Shown in pieces: positions 8,925 to 18,970 of a DNA stretch of 64,000 bases; positions within the stretch are counted from its first letter, which is position 1; every line of letters starts with the position of its first letter. The notes beneath the pieces were generated by a model, which saw only the letters and a list, made by a program, of their open reading frames with translations, was not told the origin of the DNA and did no database searches. Position numbers and translations under genes: made by a program. The DNA lies in the sequence record ON286972.1; one strand, 5' to 3'.

Positions 8925-11588
8925 TTATTGACATGCCTCAATTCTACGAGCCATTAACTCTGCACGACGAGTTGTTTGACGATACCAAGCTGAACTACGT
9001 ATATGAGCAGCAGCACCACGATAATCACCTTTAGCTAAACATCCAAGCATACCCTTGAATTTTTGAACTTTGTATTTGCCCATTTGGAATACCATTTGAC
9101 ATAGTACTTGTTGAGCAATAACAGGTGTTTTTAAATCCCATGCCGCATATATTGATTTGGCATCATTAATTGCTTGCGTACTGTCTCGTACTAATATTGC
9201 TTCAGCTTCTGCTTCAGTTATACCACCAGAAAAATCTTCACCTCCGACAATAAGGTGTCCATATCCAATTGTAGGGAATCCACGGCTATCAATATAACGC
9301 CAGAATTTTCCATTTCTGAAATATCCAAGTGCTGTTTGATATTGGATAGTACCTTCGTGTTCTTTAAGTTCGGATATAAATTGGGAATCACCCGGAGCAA
9401 CTTTCCATCCAACGGCAGTTTTATCAACATTACCTACATTATAATTTTGTTCAACTTTTGGAGCGGTTCCTGCATTTCGAGGCTTACGTTCTCTACGACG
9501 AGGAACATGACGAGAACCACGTTGTGAATAACCAGTTCCAATAGTTCGTATGCGAGTTGATATTACCAATTCATCACTATCAGCAGATGGTCTGACCACA
9601 TCTTTAGGGTTATTTTGTGTTGATGGTTGACCCCCAATTAATGTTTTATTCGCAGCGGCAGAACCCTGACCAGTTACAGTTGTGTAGAATAATCCAGGAT
9701 CAACTGAACCACTAAAACCATAGATATTAGATGAGCGAACTCTTATTTCAAATCGTAATATACCATTAGCAGTTCCTATCACTTGTCCTTTTTCAACAAC
9801 ATCTTTATTGAATAGGTCAGAAGTTAAACCATAGAAAACAGATTTATAACCAGATTTATGCTCAACAATAAGAGCATCACCACTGATACCAACAATCCCA
9901 CCATCTGGTGCAACCACACTTCCACGGGCTTGAATTTCCCATCCACTACTATCACGCTTGGTTCCATTCTCGGTCGTTACACCCTTACCCCAATAACCAT
10001 TCTGGCGAATAGTACCGCTACATGGCATAAGCATATGCAAACCTTCAAACGTCTGCGAATAACCAGTCATTCCTGGTTCAGCCGCCATTAAATCTTGTGT
10101 TTGAACTTCACTTGTCTCTGGGGCATAATTTACAAATTGAATTGCTTCTGTTTCTTGTTGCTCTGCAAGTGTAGGTTGAACATCATTTGCTGGTTGTGGC
10201 TCAACTGGAGATGTTGTACTACCTTGACCACCACCACTTATACCAGGATCAACCCTATCACCGTGGTTTTCTGCATCTTTCCAGTTAGCAATCATATGAA
10301 TGTGGTCATTAAGACCCACTGATGGAGTTTTGAAGTCAGGAGCCATGAATGCAGCACTACCACTATTACCTGCACTATCAACTGTTAGGTTTTGACCACC
10401 ACCACTAATGTTAACGGATGAACCACCAATAACGTTTGCAGAGGATGAACCTTTAATAGATGCAGTTGACCCAGCCGTAATATCAGTACTGCTACCACTT
10501 TGAAGACGTAATGAAGCACCAGTAACCAAACGAAGATCAGCACCAGAATTAATTACAACCTGACCATTGACCTTAGCATCCAAATTACCTACCAATTCCA
10601 GTTTGGTATTTCCACCAACACGAGTATTGAAGTCTTGCCCACTTTCAATATTATAAGAACGACCTGCAACCATGTTAATATCTTGACCTGCACGAATGTT
10701 TATGTTTTTATCACAGTGCATTTCAATATCACCATCGCCAGTGAATTTAATACGAGCCGTGCCATCACGGTTAATTAATAAAACATTACCAGTAGCTTCA
10801 GAAATAAGAAGTTGTGCACCACTACGCGTTTTAATAACAATACCTTCATTCTTACGGGAACCAACACGAGTGTCATTAACTGGGTTGTTAAATTGTGTGT
10901 CTTGGTATCCATCAGGGTCTTGATCCCATGTTGGCTTGGTCAATTCTTCTTCTGTATATCCATCATCAAGAATAAAACTATTACCACGAGGTGTACTCAT
11001 ACCATATACAGTACTGGTTGTTTGACGAGTACTGCTGCGGTTTGCAACACCTGCTTCATCATCGTATAATAAGTTTTGTTTTTTCAATCCTTCAACAGCA
11101 GGAACGTTAATATATTTGTCTTGCATGTCAGTTGTGATTGTGTTACGATCATAATCAGTTACTGGTAATGGCATATCAGTACCATTGTAATTGGTATCCG
11201 CAGTTGCCATTCCAGGAACCATTGTATTCATACGTTGGTCATAAACACATCCAATCCAGTAAGCTTGGAATGTACGTGCTTGTGCAAAAATAACAACAAC
11301 AGTACATCCCACATCTGGTGGAACGGCCCAAAAACCATAACCCTTTGGATATTGTCCATAACTATCTGCACTCGGTATTCCTGGAGTTTTGCCAGCAAAC
11401 GGAGCCATATAAGAAGCTTCAATCCATGAATCTTTAGAGTTTTTATCACTTTGTGAACCTTGTATCCATACTTTTAGCTTACCAGATTTCGTAGGATCAC
11501 GGTTATCCATAACGGTTGCTAATTGTGGATAAGATGGGTCAAAACGACCCAACTGTTCCTTTGCATACTTTTTACTTGTATCTGCCAT
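8925..11588 (-). CDS. gp5: Baseplate hub/tail spike lysozyme (gp5/VgrG-like): OB fold, beta-helix, HxH, M23-like domain, C-terminal lysozyme
   Basis: DPTKSGKLKVWI and GYGFWAVPPDVG OB-fold motifs; TPRGNSFILDD; V/G/S/T-rich beta-helix repeats; DHIH; C-terminal EG...DSRGFPTIGYGH. Confidence 0.85.
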   Translation of the reverse strand: MADTSKKYAKEQLGRFDPSYPQLATVMDNRDPTKSGKLKVWIQGSQSDKNSKDSWIEASYMAPFAGKTPGIPSADSYGQYPKGYGFWAVPPDVGCTVVVIFAQARTFQAYWIGCVYDQRMNTMVPGMATADTNYNGTDMPLPVTDYDRNTITTDMQDKYINVPAVEGLKKQNLLYDDEAGVANRSSTRQTTSTVYGMSTPRGNSFILDDGYTEEELTKPTWDQDPDGYQDTQFNNPVNDTRVGSRKNEGIVIKTRSGAQLLISEATGNVLLINRDGTARIKFTGDGDIEMHCDKNINIRAGQDINMVAGRSYNIESGQDFNTRVGGNTKLELVGNLDAKVNGQVVINSGADLRLVTGASLRLQSGSSTDITAGSTASIKGSSSANVIGGSSVNISGGGQNLTVDSAGNSGSAAFMAPDFKTPSVGLNDHIHMIANWKDAENHGDRVDPGISGGGQGSTTSPVEPQPANDVQPTLAEQQETEAIQFVNYAPETSEVQTQDLMAAEPGMTGYSQTFEGLHMLMPCSGTIRQNGYWGKGVTTENGTKRDSSGWEIQARGSVVAPDGGIVGISGDALIVEHKSGYKSVFYGLTSDLFNKDVVEKGQVIGTANGILRFEIRVRSSNIYGFSGSVDPGLFYTTVTGQGSAAANKTLIGGQPSTQNNPKDVVRPSADSDELVISTRIRTIGTGYSQRGSRHVPRRRERKPRNAGTAPKVEQNYNVGNVDKTAVGWKVAPGDSQFISELKEHEGTIQYQTALGYFRNGKFWRYIDSRGFPTIGYGHLIVGGEDFSGGITEAEAEAILVRDSTQAINDAKSIYAAWDLKTPVIAQQVLCQMVFQMGKYKVQKFKGMLGCLAKGDYRGAAAHIRSSAWYRQTTRRAELMARRIEACQ

Positions 11589-13738
11589 TACTCACCACCT
11601 GGGTTTATTATACTATCTTTACGTTTAAGTGCACGAGCGACAATAGCACCTTGAATTTGTTGCGTGAAAGTACCGTTTGTACCAAAATCATGAATTATTT
11701 TGTTTACGCGATAGATTGTTTCGTTGAATGTGGTTGGCGTGGTTATGTCCAAAATACCAGTATTATCATTAATTGAAACTACTGGTTGTAATTTCAATAA
11801 CAAATATGCTTCAGTTGAAATATAATTTGCATATTTGAAATCCTCTGGATTTATATATAATGCTTCACCATTTACCAACATATCCAAATATTGAAGATAT
11901 GCATGATCACCCCATCCCAACCAATATGGGTCACCAATAACACGCATATCCAACTTACACATAAATGGACGGTTATAATAGTTGTCGCGTATTTTACGTC
12001 TGTCCATTTCATATGTACTGCTATTATCGTTATCAGATGCTGATAAGGTTGTATGGTTATTTGTTGCTTCAGTTGGTATAGTGAATATTTCACCTCTACG
12101 GTCGCCAATACCATCAGCACCCATATCATTTTCTTCATATACACTACGATAATCTTCAATGTATTCTGGAAGGACATGAACTTTATAATTCATATAAGCA
12201 TCTTGTTCTGCTTGATTACCCACACCCATTGCATTTTTTAATTGCTCATCTATTTCATTAAGTAAAGCTGTTTGGGCTTGTGTTATAATTTCACCTTTAC
12301 TTCGTGCTTTTCTTATATCACTAGTTTTATTCCAAGCATCCAACGGGTTACTATATTGAACCCCTTGTATGGTCAATTCTTGTGATGCATGTGTACCACT
12401 TCTGTTACCTTGGTCTTGTATTGGGCCTGGGTTACGTGTAGTAGCTACATAAAATTGTTGGTCGAAATTCATATCCAAATCTAATATTTCATTATTCAAT
12501 CCACTGAATTGATAATTGTATATTTTCATTCTTAACTTTTCTTCATTATCTCTAGGGTCAAGATAACGTTCAGAGTTTTCTAGGAATGTCTCGAAGTTAA
12601 AGTTTTCTGGCTGTAAATCGGATTCATGAACAACATCACCAATACGAAAACGAACAATATTAAAAATAACTTTATATACTGATGTGTTACGTAAATTATC
12701 AAAACCAACATATTGTTTAAGTGGGATTATATTAACAAATTGACGAACGCTAGTACTATCCCCTTCACGAACAGTACATGCATCAATAACATCATCAATT
12801 ATTCTTGATATTGGTGTACTTGGATTCCATGAAAAGTTTTTAGAACCCTGTGAACCATTTTTTGTTGAAGTTACTTCAGTCATTTGTTTAGAATCATAGT
12901 TTATGAACATATCAGCAAGTTCAGGTGCAACTTTAAATTCAAAAAATTTACCTTCTGCCAGTTCTGGAAATTTCATACACAAATAACCATACTGTTGTTC
13001 TGACATTTCATTTAACTTATCTTCCAAATCATAACAAAATGCTCCAAATTGTGCAGCAGTACATGAGAATGTTTCTTTTAATGTCCATTCTACGTTATCA
13101 ACCAATGCAGCACGATTGTGTACTAAGTTAATGGTATATAACATTGTACTACCAGTTGTACTGGCACTTGCTTTAACGTTGTTAATCTTCACTGACCAAC
13201 GTTTTGTAGTGTTTGGTATGACTTGAGGAACACCATCTTCATTATAACCAATGAACTTTAGTTCAAGGATTAATGGTAAATCCATAAATTTATGATAACG
13301 AAGTTTATTACTTAATGATATCAACTCATCATAAAAACTCATACTATTGTTTTCTGACATACTTATTGAAGCAGTATTAAATGTATAGTTTGTTGTCATA
13401 CCAGGAGTTGAGGGACCAGCTTGCGTCATCTGAACATTTGTGATATTATACTTACCAGTAACACCACTTTCAGTGATTACATAACGTTGAACTTCAGCAT
13501 CTGGATTTGACCAGAACATTTTAAAGTCATCTTTATCTAAGGCAAACAAAGTAAAGTGCCATGTTGCTGAATTGTATTTTAATAAAACATTTTCATTGTC
13601 AATAATAAAATCAGAAATCTTTTTATCGTCATAAATTCTATCAGTATGTGTGCTTTGGATTGGTTTTGATTGTACATTACTTACTTTAGCACCATATTTG
13701 TTACTCTGACTAGGGTCTAGTCCAATTTTAGTATCCAT
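11588..13738 (-). CDS. Baseplate hub/tail protein (gp27-like, putative)
   Basis: 716 aa; stop overlaps the gp5 start; LDMRVIGDPYWL and GTFTQ motifs resemble hub proteins. Confidence 0.55.
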   Translation of the reverse strand: MDTKIGLDPSQSNKYGAKVSNVQSKPIQSTHTDRIYDDKKISDFIIDNENVLLKYNSATWHFTLFALDKDDFKMFWSNPDAEVQRYVITESGVTGKYNITNVQMTQAGPSTPGMTTNYTFNTASISMSENNSMSFYDELISLSNKLRYHKFMDLPLILELKFIGYNEDGVPQVIPNTTKRWSVKINNVKASASTTGSTMLYTINLVHNRAALVDNVEWTLKETFSCTAAQFGAFCYDLEDKLNEMSEQQYGYLCMKFPELAEGKFFEFKVAPELADMFINYDSKQMTEVTSTKNGSQGSKNFSWNPSTPISRIIDDVIDACTVREGDSTSVRQFVNIIPLKQYVGFDNLRNTSVYKVIFNIVRFRIGDVVHESDLQPENFNFETFLENSERYLDPRDNEEKLRMKIYNYQFSGLNNEILDLDMNFDQQFYVATTRNPGPIQDQGNRSGTHASQELTIQGVQYSNPLDAWNKTSDIRKARSKGEIITQAQTALLNEIDEQLKNAMGVGNQAEQDAYMNYKVHVLPEYIEDYRSVYEENDMGADGIGDRRGEIFTIPTEATNNHTTLSASDNDNSSTYEMDRRKIRDNYYNRPFMCKLDMRVIGDPYWLGWGDHAYLQYLDMLVNGEALYINPEDFKYANYISTEAYLLLKLQPVVSINDNTGILDITTPTTFNETIYRVNKIIHDFGTNGTFTQQIQGAIVARALKRKDSIINPGGE

Positions 13739-13749
13739 GTGTTACTCCA

Positions 13750-14064
13750 TTAACCTACACTGCGTGTACCATTCAGGTATGCTTGAATGCGTTGACTTGA
13801 AGGTATTCTAATAGTTATACCAGTTTGAAAGTTGTAAATAGGGTCTTCACCCAATAAATCAGGGTTAAGTAATGCAAATACGTAATACAAACGCTCATTG
13901 CCATACATTTCATACGCTAAACGCCACGGTTGGTGGTTGTACTTTGCAGGTATTTCATAAAAATCATCAGTATCTGCTGGAATTATGTCACGAGGTAATG
14001 TATAATCCAGATACCATGTTTGTTTAACTTTTGCATAAGGTGAATATTGACTATAGTTTGACAT
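13750..14064 (-). CDS. LysM-like/gp53-like baseplate protein
   Basis: 104 aa; YNHQPWRLAYEMYGNERLYYVFALLNP...GITIRIP is the tail-X/LysM pattern. Confidence 0.75.
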   Translation of the reverse strand: MSNYSQYSPYAKVKQTWYLDYTLPRDIIPADTDDFYEIPAKYNHQPWRLAYEMYGNERLYYVFALLNPDLLGEDPIYNFQTGITIRIPSSQRIQAYLNGTRSVG

Positions 14065-14795
14065 TAAATGAATCCTCCATTGCGAAGCATATCACCACGC
14101 TTAAATGCGTTAAGATTAAACTTCTTAGTCATAAATTCTGATGTTGGTTGCTCTTCTAATTGAATAGTTACAGATATCTTTTGTGGAACCCACACTTCAT
14201 CTTGTGGATTCATGTACCCAGAACTTCTTAATTGTTCAAAAAATTGTCTACTATCCATATCGGACAAATTAAAAGTACTGTTACTACTATCCAATGGTAC
14301 TTGAATATAAGAAACATCATTTGGATAGGTAAAATTATATGATTTCATTACTACAGGAATATCATTATATGTATAACGACCATACCCACTTAGTAATAGG
14401 ATTGGTGGTGGTGCACCAGGAACAGCTAAATCGGGGTTATTAGCTGATGCAGCTTTTCTACCAAAATCCATCAATGATACAGAGCGAATAAAATGCATAC
14501 ATGCTAAAGTGTATAGAGCTTCAGCAGCAGTATTTGCATAAAATTCACCTTGTATCGTGAAAATAGTATTACTTGTATTTTTATAGTTGTTATAGTTACT
14601 ATTTGAATGCACAGGAGACTGTGTTTCATACTGAATACTTCTTTGTTCAGTGATTGTTGGCGTTACGGTCCATACCAAACCATTGGTTGGACGCAAAAAC
14701 GATAGTAGTGTTGGGTTGGCTCCGTCACCAAAATCCCCATACACATAGTTAGCACCAGCGGCTTTAGGTCTTAGTCGGATTCGACGATCAATCAT
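14064..14795 (-). CDS. Baseplate tail-tube initiator-like protein (gp48/gp54-like, putative)
   Basis: Start reassigned to ATG 14795 (GGAG SD). APPPILLLSGYG...NDIPVVMKSYNFTYP is typical of tube-like baseplate proteins. Confidence 0.55.
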   Translation of the reverse strand: MIDRRIRLRPKAAGANYVYGDFGDGANPTLLSFLRPTNGLVWTVTPTITEQRSIQYETQSPVHSNSNYNNYKNTSNTIFTIQGEFYANTAAEALYTLACMHFIRSVSLMDFGRKAASANNPDLAVPGAPPPILLLSGYGRYTYNDIPVVMKSYNFTYPNDVSYIQVPLDSSNSTFNLSDMDSRQFFEQLRSSGYMNPQDEVWVPQKISVTIQLEEQPTSEFMTKKFNLNAFKRGDMLRNGGFI

Positions 14796-14828
14796 TTGTG
14801 TTACTCCATTACAAGGAAACATTTGAAG

Positions 14829-14836
14829 TATTTATA
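14829..14836 (-). promoter_or_regulatory. T4 late promoter consensus TATAAATA driving the baseplate operon
   Basis: Perfect match 34 nt upstream of ATG 14795. Confidence 0.75.
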
Positions 14837-14838
14837 GG

Positions 14839-14867
14839 TGGGACAAAGCTGATTTTAGTGCTATAAT
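14839..14867 (+). promoter_or_regulatory. Phage-class promoter TGGGACA-N16-TATAAT (with TG extended -10)
   Basis: Upstream of gp55/47/46; same motif and spacing at 7 other sites. Confidence 0.75.
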
Positions 14868-14919
14868 ATTAGCGATGGCACACGGATTGTGCCTATTGGT
14901 CATTACATGGAGAGTTACA

Positions 14920-15759
14920 ATGATAAACAAGCCGAAGCGTAAGAAGTATCTGAATAACGCAGACTTATTACGTGAAATACATAAAAGTAAGATATCATAC
15001 TGCTGGCTTTTGGATAAAAGTTATGGTATGTATGATTATATTGTGTTTCATGAGTCTGAAATCACAGAAGAATTACTTGAAAAGGCAAAAGCAGCACGAA
15101 TCAAACGTTTGAATAATGAAATGCTTGATAGTGTTCGCGAAAAAGAGAATATGAGTGCTAAGAAAGCAAAGGAATATGCTGATGAGCACGGTCTATTCGT
15201 AAATGATGTACCACTGGATGAAGTGGTGATTAGAGTTATCACTGATGAGCACATTCCACCAGATACACGAGTGAATTTTGAACCATTTAAACATTATATC
15301 GTTGATAATGAAGGTATTCTGTATGAAGTTGTTCGTTCACATTGGAAAGGCGACTTGGAAGATGGCGATTTCTGCTTAACACATGGTAAAATCACAAATG
15401 AACTCGGTAAAATGTTCATTAAACTAGCCGAAGAGATCTCTCACAAATCTAACTACAGAAATTATACGTATTTGGATGAAATGATGGGTGATGCTAGAAT
15501 ACAATTAGTTAAAAATGCACTTCTCTTTAAAGAGAGTATCTTGTATAAGAAAGATAAACCCGCTGTCCAACTAAATCCTTTCTCATACTATACGTCATTC
15601 GTTAACAATAGCTTCCGTTCTATTTTGAACAGTGAGAAGAATGTACGTAACATTCGCGACGACCTTCTTGAGATGCATGGTTTTACACCATCACATACAA
15701 GACAGATTGAAATCGAAATGAATATGATTGAAAGGAAAAATGACGATGGCACTATTTGA
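14920..15759 (+). CDS. gp55: Late transcription sigma factor (gp55-like)
   Basis: KYLNNADLL; ITNELGKMFIKLAE..S.K.NYRNYTYLDEM; NPFSYYT. Start reassigned to ATG 14920 (GGAG SD). Confidence 0.85.
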   Translation: MINKPKRKKYLNNADLLREIHKSKISYCWLLDKSYGMYDYIVFHESEITEELLEKAKAARIKRLNNEMLDSVREKENMSAKKAKEYADEHGLFVNDVPLDEVVIRVITDEHIPPDTRVNFEPFKHYIVDNEGILYEVVRSHWKGDLEDGDFCLTHGKITNELGKMFIKLAEEISHKSNYRNYTYLDEMMGDARIQLVKNALLFKESILYKKDKPAVQLNPFSYYTSFVNNSFRSILNSEKNVRNIRDDLLEMHGFTPSHTRQIEIEMNMIERKNDDGTI

Positions 15760-16777
15760 TAAAGCAATTACATTCACTGATATTCATTTAGGATTAAAGA
15801 ATAACAGTAAGCAGCACAACGAAGATTGTTTGAACTTCATTAAATTTATGATTGATGAAGCCAAAAAGAAAGGTATTAAAGTATGTGTGTTTATGGGAGA
15901 TTACTTCCATAACCGCAGCAACATTAATATTCAAACATTAAACTATGGTTTACAAATTCTCCAATTACTAAATGACAACTTTGATAAAGTTTACTTCTTA
16001 GTTGGGAACCATGACATGTATCATAAAAACAAACGCGATATTACAAGTATTAATATGGCACAAGTTTATGAAAACATCGAGTTCATTAATGAAATTACTA
16101 CAATCGACGATTGTACTTTCATTCCATTTATGATTGAAGATGAATACAAAATGCTACCTAAATTACAAAGCAAATATGTATTTGGTCATCTTGAATTACC
16201 TGGATATTTGCTTAACAAAATGGTAGAAATGCCAGATCATGGCAAAGAGACTGAAGGTTCTTTTGGTGGTTGTGAGTATGTTTTTAGTGGGCATTTCCAT
16301 AAACGACAATCAAAACTCACATCCAAAGGAACTCGTGTCATTTATACTGGTAACTGTTTCCCTCATAACTTCTCAGACACATGGGATGATGCTAGAGGTG
16401 TTATGATTCTTGAACACGGTTCAGAACCAACATTCAAATCATGGGATGCTGCACCGAAATACAGAACATTTACTTTGTCAGAGCTACTAACTGATCCAAG
16501 TTATTACTTACAAGATAACTCTATCTCGAAAGTTCAGGTTGATATTCCAATCACAACTGATGAGATTAGTTTTATTCGTGATACTTTTACTAAACTTTAT
16601 AATATTCGTGAGTTTAACGTTGTTACAAGTAAACAAAGTATCAAAGAACTTTTGGAAGAAGGTGAACACTTTGAAAGTACTGAATCAGTTGATGAGATAG
16701 TTTTACAACAAATCATGGAAATTGATTCTCCAATGTTCGACAAGAATCTACTAATACAAATCTATAGATCATTATAA
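15728..16777 (+). CDS. gp47: Recombination endonuclease, Mre11/SbcD-like (likely start 15740 or 15746)
   Basis: Metallophosphoesterase motifs DIH, GDYF, GNHD, GHL, GHFH. Confidence 0.93.
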   Translation: MKGKMTMALFDKAITFTDIHLGLKNNSKQHNEDCLNFIKFMIDEAKKKGIKVCVFMGDYFHNRSNINIQTLNYGLQILQLLNDNFDKVYFLVGNHDMYHKNKRDITSINMAQVYENIEFINEITTIDDCTFIPFMIEDEYKMLPKLQSKYVFGHLELPGYLLNKMVEMPDHGKETEGSFGGCEYVFSGHFHKRQSKLTSKGTRVIYTGNCFPHNFSDTWDDARGVMILEHGSEPTFKSWDAAPKYRTFTLSELLTDPSYYLQDNSISKVQVDIPITTDEISFIRDTFTKLYNIREFNVVTSKQSIKELLEEGEHFESTESVDEIVLQQIMEIDSPMFDKNLLIQIYRSL

Positions 16778-16786
16778 GGGACACGG

Positions 16787-18934
16787 ATGTTAAACATTAC
16801 ACGTATAACAATGAGGAATTTCTTTTCCTTTGGTAATGCACCACAAGTTATTGATTTAAATGGTGCTGACATATCTTTAGTACTCGGTCAAAACAATGAT
16901 GCTGTCATTGAAGGTGGTGATAGTTCTGGTCGTCGTAACGGTGTAGGTAAAAGTGCAATTATTCAAGGTCTTGTTTTTGGACTATTTGGAAAAAGTATTG
17001 GTAACGATATTAAAATTCCAAACTTAGTTAATAAAACAAATGCTAAAAATTGTGAAGTTACCGTTGAGTTCGAGAAAGACGGTATACAATACCTTGTTGA
17101 GCGTGGGCGTAGTCCCACATATTTCAATTTCATCACTCTAGGTCAGGACAATAAAGTTCTCGATGAATCAAGAGGTGAAAAGAAAGATACACAAGAAGAT
17201 CTAAATGAAATTCTCGGAATCTCTCAATTACTTTTTGAGCACATTGTAGTACTGAATGCTAACGTTGAACCTTTCCTTGCTCTTTCTTCACAGAAACAAC
17301 GTGATATGATTGAAGAGCTATTAGGTATTACCCAATTAACAGAGAAAGCTGAACTGTTAAAGGATATGAACAAAGAGTCAAAACGTTTAGCTGACCAAGA
17401 GAAGTTTAAAATTGAAACAGTTGCAGCAAGTAATGAACGCATTCAACGCAGCATTGAAACCTTACAGGAACAGGCTAATAAGTTTGAAATTGATAAGGCT
17501 AATAGAGTGCAAAAACTAAAAAGTGAATTGGAAGTATACAGTACTTTTGTATTTTCTGATTTATATGCTGCTGCTGAAGAGAAAGAAGAAGCACTTCTAC
17601 ACATCTCTAAACGTTTACAACTCGAACGTAGAGTTCAAGAACTTGCAGTGAAATATGATCAGTACGATAGAGAACTAGCCACTAATAAAAATATTATTCA
17701 GCATAGTATCGATAAATTAAAAACTATTGATATTGAATCTGAATTAAAAAACCATGAAGAAATGGAACTGTGGAAACAACTAGAATCTATCTTAAAAGAT
17801 AATCAGTTGCAAAAGAATTTCAAAACACAGAAACTAAATTCACTAAATCTTTCGTTGAATGCTCATATTAAATCTCTTACAGCAGAAGAAGAGAAATTAA
17901 AATCAGTTGAGGATAGTAAATGTCCACTTTGTTTATCAGAGTTGGAGCATAATGAGCATGGTAATGGTATAAAAGATAAGATTAATGATACTATTCGTCT
18001 AATCAGAGAAAATATAAGTAAGGTTGAGTTGGAAATTGCAACACTATCAGATGAAATCAATGCAATTGAGATATTTGATATGCCCCCTAAACCTGTAACT
18101 TTCTATAATACCCTTACCGAAGCCCAAATGCATGACCATAAGCTACAAGAACTTATTAAAAAGAGTGAGGAAGAACAAATTAACATCTACCGTGATGAAC
18201 TAATGTCTTCTTATGAGGCTCTTGATGCATTAGAAGTAAAGGAAGTTCCAGATGCGTTGAATAAATCAGAAGTTAAAGAGTTAGAAATGACTTTTAACTC
18301 ACTTACTCAACAACTTGAACACGAATTGAACACAACTAATACGTTTATTAGTCAGATTAATACTTTAACAACCGATTCGTTGGTTCCTATTGATTATACT
18401 GACTTCAATAACCTTGAAAAATTGGCTAATCACCAAGATTTCTTAGTTAAACTATTGCTCAATAAGGATAGTTATGTTCGTAAACGTATCATTGAACAAA
18501 ATATCTCATATTTGAACTCCAGATTGCAGTATTATATTGATATGTGTGGTTCAGAACACAATGTGGTCTTCTTGAATGACCTTAGTGTTGAGATTGAGAA
18601 GAGTGGGCAGTACTTTGACTATAAACAATTGAGTCGTGGAGAACGAACACGTGTTAATATTGCATTATCATGTGCTTTCCGCGATACTTATGAATCATTA
18701 TATCAAAGTATTAATATTCTTATCATAGATGAGATGATAGATCAGGGTCTTGATTCAAGTGGTGTTCTAAGAGTATGGTCAATCTTCCAGGATATGGCTG
18801 CTGTACGTGGTAAAAACGTATATGCAATATCTCACAGAGAAGAATTACTATCTAAAACAGAAAAAATCCTTAAAGTGGTTAAAGAAGACGGTTTCAGTAC
18901 TGTTGAATATGCTACTCTTGATGATATTTTCTAA
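16787..18934 (+). CDS. gp46: Recombination ATPase, Rad50/SbcC-like
   Basis: Walker A NGVGKS, coiled coils, zinc hook CPLC, signature LSRGE, Walker B ILIIDE, ISH. Confidence 0.95.
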   Translation: MLNITRITMRNFFSFGNAPQVIDLNGADISLVLGQNNDAVIEGGDSSGRRNGVGKSAIIQGLVFGLFGKSIGNDIKIPNLVNKTNAKNCEVTVEFEKDGIQYLVERGRSPTYFNFITLGQDNKVLDESRGEKKDTQEDLNEILGISQLLFEHIVVLNANVEPFLALSSQKQRDMIEELLGITQLTEKAELLKDMNKESKRLADQEKFKIETVAASNERIQRSIETLQEQANKFEIDKANRVQKLKSELEVYSTFVFSDLYAAAEEKEEALLHISKRLQLERRVQELAVKYDQYDRELATNKNIIQHSIDKLKTIDIESELKNHEEMELWKQLESILKDNQLQKNFKTQKLNSLNLSLNAHIKSLTAEEEKLKSVEDSKCPLCLSELEHNEHGNGIKDKINDTIRLIRENISKVELEIATLSDEINAIEIFDMPPKPVTFYNTLTEAQMHDHKLQELIKKSEEEQINIYRDELMSSYEALDALEVKEVPDALNKSEVKELEMTFNSLTQQLEHELNTTNTFISQINTLTTDSLVPIDYTDFNNLEKLANHQDFLVKLLLNKDSYVRKRIIEQNISYLNSRLQYYIDMCGSEHNVVFLNDLSVEIEKSGQYFDYKQLSRGERTRVNIALSCAFRDTYESLYQSINILIIDEMIDQGLDSSGVLRVWSIFQDMAAVRGKNVYAISHREELLSKTEKILKVVKEDGFSTVEYATLDDIF

Positions 18935-18944
18935 TATAATGAAT

Positions 18945-18970
18945 AAAGGGAGCCTTAGCTCCCTTTTTTT
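18945..18970. terminator. Bidirectional intrinsic terminator between convergent gp46 and endonuclease VII
   Basis: AAAGGGAGC-CTTA-GCTCCCTTT plus T run. Confidence 0.85.
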
